Origin: Phycisphaerae bacterium | GTDB lineage: Bacteria; Planctomycetota; Phycisphaerae; UBA1845 | Length of the DNA: 64,000 nt | Reading direction: 5' to 3' | Assembly (NCBI GenBank): GCA_022072505.1 | Contig: JAJVHU010000029.1 | Location: 5,917-69,916, forward strand | Part shown: positions 61,123 through 64,000 of the stretch, piece by piece | Numbering within the stretch: the first letter of the stretch is position 1 | How the letters are laid out: every line of letters starts with the position of its first letter | Notes under the pieces: model-generated | Seen by the model: only the letters and a program-made list of their open reading frames with translations | Told to the model about the DNA's origin: nothing | Database searches by the model: none | Made by a program: the position numbers and the translations under genes

Positions 61123-61162
61123 ATTCCGCATTCCGCATTCCGCATTCGTTATTCGTCATTCC
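61123..61162 (-). repeat. GAATGCGG-type repeat overlapping the argG stop codon
   Basis: The minus strand reads GGAATGACGAATAACGAATGCGGAATGCGGAATGCGGAAT. The last argG codons and its TAA stop are part of the repeat. Confidence 0.75.
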
Positions 61163-62348
61163 CCTGCATCCCATCCGCCACCCCATAAATTTTGCAGAAC
61201 GCCGCCGCTTCCTCGCCCGTCCACAGCTTGCTGCCCTCGCCGTACTTCGCCTTGTCGCTGTTCATCAGCGAGTGCGGGCTGGTCGCGCCCAGCACGGTGG
61301 CGATCCGATCTTCGAGCCGCACGGTCACGCGCCCCGTCACCTTCCGCTGCGACGATTCCAGAAACGCCTCGAGGTCGCGCATGATCGGGTCGAAAAAGCG
61401 GGCTTCATGCACGTTCGCGCCGTACACGTCGCCCAGCGTTCGCTTCCAGAACTGCTGCGGCTTCGAGAGCACCAGTTTCTCCAGCTCCCGATGCGCCGCG
61501 ATCAGCACGGTCGCCGCAGGCGCTTCGAACGCCACGCGCCCTTTGATGCCCAGGATCGTGTCGCCCACGTGCATCCCGCGCCCGATCCCGCGCCGTCCGG
61601 CGCGGGTGTTCAAACGCTCGATCAGCGTAACCGGCGAAAGCCGCTCCACGGCGCCGGCGTTCCCGAAGGCCGTCGGCACGCCTTGCTCGAACTCGATAAC
61701 GACGTCCTCAGGCTCTCCCGGGCGATCCGCCGCCAGCGCCGTCAGCACGTAAGCCGACTCGGGGAGCACGCCGTCGCTCTTGTGTGTCTCTCCGCCGCCG
61801 ATCGTCGCTCCCCACAGTCCGCGGTTGATCGAGTACACGCCCGTCTTCGGCGGGATGTCTACGCCGCGGTCCGCGAGATATTTCATCTCCGCCTCGCGCG
61901 ACAGCGCCTGCGCCCGGATCGGGGTGACGATCTCGACCCCCGGCGCCAGAACCCGGAACGCCAGGTCGAACCGCACTTGATCGTTCCCCGCTCCCGTCGA
62001 CCCGTGAACCAGCGTCGTCGCTCCCACGCGCCGTCCGTATTCCGCGACGCACTTCGCCTGCACTAACCGCTCCGCGGACACACACAACGGATACACGTCG
62101 CCGCGCAATGCGTTGGCGAAAAGCAGGTATTTCAGCGTTCGGTCAAACAGCTCTCCTCGCGCGTCGATCAGATGAAACGCCGCCGCGCCCGCCGCCTCGG
62201 CCCGCTGCGCGATCAGCCGCCGCTCGTCGTCGTCAAAGCCGCCTGTATCCACGGCCACCGCGTGGACGGCGTATCCCTGTTCGCGCAGAAACACGGCGCA
62301 GTAAGTCGTGTCCAACCCGCCAGAAAATGCGAGCGCGGCGATGCGCAC
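61149..62348 (-). CDS. argG: argininosuccinate synthase
   Basis: The segments AFSGGLDTT (PP-loop) and GSTGAGNDQVRF are present, and the protein is of full length. Confidence 0.95.
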   Translation of the reverse strand: MRIAALAFSGGLDTTYCAVFLREQGYAVHAVAVDTGGFDDDERRLIAQRAEAAGAAAFHLIDARGELFDRTLKYLLFANALRGDVYPLCVSAERLVQAKCVAEYGRRVGATTLVHGSTGAGNDQVRFDLAFRVLAPGVEIVTPIRAQALSREAEMKYLADRGVDIPPKTGVYSINRGLWGATIGGGETHKSDGVLPESAYVLTALAADRPGEPEDVVIEFEQGVPTAFGNAGAVERLSPVTLIERLNTRAGRRGIGRGMHVGDTILGIKGRVAFEAPAATVLIAAHRELEKLVLSKPQQFWKRTLGDVYGANVHEARFFDPIMRDLEAFLESSQRKVTGRVTVRLEDRIATVLGATSPHSLMNSDKAKYGEGSKLWTGEEAAAFCKIYGVADGMQGNDE

Positions 62349-62368
62349 GATCGTCTCTCCCGTCTTGA

Positions 62369-62833
62369 TTAAGGTCGCTGCGCCGAGACGCGGCGAAGGA
62401 GGGCGATCACCCGACCCTGATCACTGCGGCTGCGAACCGCCACGAACACCGTGTCGTCGCCCGCGAGCGTACCCACGATCTGCGGAACCTTCTTGCGATC
62501 CAGCGCCACCGCGACGGAATTGGCGGCGCCGGTGGCCGTGCGCACCACGATCAGGTTCGCTCCGACCGGTTCGAACCCCGTGATTAATGCGAACGAAGGA
62601 TCATTGTGCAGGTCGTTCGTTCGTTCTGTCCCGAGATCCTCAACCCTCCGGTAAAGCCCGGAAACCTTGACCAGTCCCAACTCGCGTATGTCCCGGCTCA
62701 TGCTGGCTTGCGTCGTCCGAAAGCCCCGTTCCCGTAGCGCGGAGACGAGTTCGCGTTGGCTGGCCAGGGGGCGGGTGGTCAGAACCTGCATTAACGCGCG
62801 TTGCCGGTCATGCTTGTGAAGATTGTCGGGCAT
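62369..62833 (-). CDS. argR: arginine repressor
   Basis: The N-terminal wHTH reads QRELVSALRERGFRTTQASMSRDIRELGLVKV. The C-terminal arginine-binding core reads GTLAGDDTVFV. Confidence 0.9.
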   Translation of the reverse strand: MPDNLHKHDRQRALMQVLTTRPLASQRELVSALRERGFRTTQASMSRDIRELGLVKVSGLYRRVEDLGTERTNDLHNDPSFALITGFEPVGANLIVVRTATGAANSVAVALDRKKVPQIVGTLAGDDTVFVAVRSRSDQGRVIALLRRVSAQRP

Positions 62834-62844
62834 AAGCTCCTCGC

Positions 62845-62884
62845 GGACTAATTAATCGCGTCCGATGGCATGATTATACATGCC
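62845..62884. promoter_or_regulatory. candidate ArgR operator (two AT-rich palindromic boxes about 22 bp apart) upstream of argR
   Basis: CTAATTAATCG (62848-62858) and CATGATTATACATG (62869-62882) are isolated AT-rich, partly palindromic sites in GC-rich DNA, 12-50 nt upstream of the argR start. The spacing is compatible with tandem ARG boxes. This is a pattern-level call only. Confidence 0.3.
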
Positions 62885-63105
62885 GTGAAGTCCGTGTCAA
62901 TCTTCGCGCCCCTCACTGGCCGATCCGGTTTCGACGACCGCGCGGAGAGGACGCCAGTTCATCAGGCACGAAGTTTGCCCTGCAAGCGGCGGGCGTCGGT
63001 TGCGTCGCGCAGGGCGGCGACGTACAACGCTTCGCTTTCCCGAAAGCAACCGGTGAGGGCTGGACCACGGATCAGGGGCGAAAAGCGCCCCGCAGGGAGG
63101 TGTCG

Positions 63106-64000
63106 GTGGCGATTCCGTATAACAAACGTACGCACCAATGTGGCGAGCTTCGAGCCCCCCAGGTCGGGCAGAAGGTCCGCCTCGCGGGCTGGGTGGACAG
63201 CTACCGTGACCACGGCGGGATGGCGTTCATCGACCTGCGCGATTACACGGGCATCACCCAGGTTCGGTTCAACCCGGAAGGCAACGCGGCCGCCCTCGAG
63301 CTGGCGCGGTCGTTGCGCACCGAAGACGTGATCGTCATTGAGGGCACGGTGGTGTCGCGCGGCACGAACATCAACCCGCGGATTCCCACGGGTGAAATCG
63401 AGGTCATCGGCGAAGCGCTCGACCTCCTGTCCAAGGCCGAGCCGCCGCCCTTTGAGATCAGCGACCGCACCGACGCCAGCGAGGAGCTTCGCCTCAAGCA
63501 TCGCTACCTGGATCTGCGCCGGCCCGTCATGCAGCGGGTCTTCCGCATGCGCCACGTGATCGCCAAGACGATCCGCGATTACTTCGACGCCAACGGTTTT
63601 GTCGAGATCGAGACGCCGTTTCTGACGAAGTCCACGCCTGAAGGCGCCCGCGACTACCTCGTGCCGTCGCGCGTGCGCCAGGGATCGTTCTACGCCCTGC
63701 CGCAGTCGCCGCAGATCTTCAAGCAGCTTTTCATGGTCGCGGGCTTCGAGCGCTACGCCCAGATCGTCCGCTGCTTCCGCGACGAGGATCTCCGCGCCGA
63801 CCGCCAGCCGGAGTTCACCCAGCTCGACATGGAGATGTCGTTCGTGCAGGCCGACGACGTCATGACGATGGTCGAAGGCTGCGCGAAGGCGATTTTCAGG
63901 AACGCGCTGGGCATCGACGTCCGCACGCCGCTGCCGCGGATGACCTATCAGGAGGCGATGGACCGCTTCGGCATCGACCGCCCGGACACGCGCTTCGGAC
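63106..64000 (+). CDS. aspS: aspartate--tRNA ligase, N-terminal part (runs off the right window edge)
   Basis: GTG at 63106 follows a GGGAGG RBS. The translation contains [69 protein letters not shown] and [25 protein letters not shown]. It is not in the ORF track because it has no stop inside the window. Confidence 0.9.
   Translation, partial: MAIPYNKRTHQCGELRAPQVGQKVRLAGWVDSYRDHGGMAFIDLRDYTGITQVRFNPEGNAAALELARSLRTEDVIVIEGTVVSRGTNINPRIPTGEIEVIGEALDLLSKAEPPPFEISDRTDASEELRLKHRYLDLRRPVMQRVFRMRHVIAKTIRDYFDANGFVEIETPFLTKSTPEGARDYLVPSRVRQGSFYALPQSPQIFKQLFMVAGFERYAQIVRCFRDEDLRADRQPEFTQLDMEMSFVQADDVMTMVEGCAKAIFRNALGIDVRTPLPRMTYQEAMDRFGIDRPDTRFG

Noticed and set aside
58361-61384. 1007-aa plus-strand ORF spanning the arg operon
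   Set aside because: It is antisense to argC, the P-loop gene and argG. The composition is Arg/Pro/His-rich and it crosses intergenic repeats. It is a GC artefact.
62962-63555. 197-aa minus-strand ORF, plus the 62870-63331 plus-strand ORF
   Set aside because: Both overlap the aspS coding frame (63106 onward), which has textbook class II AspRS motifs. Neither has recognisable features.

Overview
The window is GC-rich bacterial chromosome (roughly two-thirds G+C by eye, not computed). The gene content suggests a Planctomycetota-like organism: a TAT-signal DUF1501 protein, a TIGR03790-like protein, a sulfatase-TPR gene and GAATGCGG-type intergenic repeats. This taxonomic call is inference only. 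Most of the window is conserved housekeeping. Left to right: mutY (partial), tRNA-Arg(TCG), a secreted metzincin, rsgA, cdsA, the phoH / HDIG-7TM / ybeY / corC-tlyC block, mutL, dtd, and a complete heme-copper oxidase assembly and structural cluster (cupredoxin, ctaA, ctaB, ABC/ABC-2, SCO, DUF420, cox II-I-III-IV plus two small ORFs). These are followed by feoAB, corA, leuS, rfbD, an OmpR/HK two-component pair with four secreted proteins, a roughly 10-kb minus-strand arginine operon (argR-argG-unknown-argC-argF'-argB-argE-argH, N-acetylcitrulline route) and aspS (partial). The most unusual finding is in leuS, which is 1326 codons long. It carries, in frame, a complete IS200/RAYT-type Y1 (HUH) transposase unit bounded by inverted hairpin repeats, sitting at the entry to the CP1 editing domain, plus a second in-frame 5x21-nt tandem repeat. 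Other findings are:
- a PIN toxin / small-protein cassette bracketed by a 124-bp duplication of the argC 3' end
- a chimeric argE-tail duplication
- two dispersed repeat families placed sense-oriented just after stop codons
- an uncharacterised P-loop gene inside the arg operon
- a deleted sulfatase-TPR gene

The many long Arg/Pro-rich ORFs antisense to conserved genes were rejected as GC artefacts.
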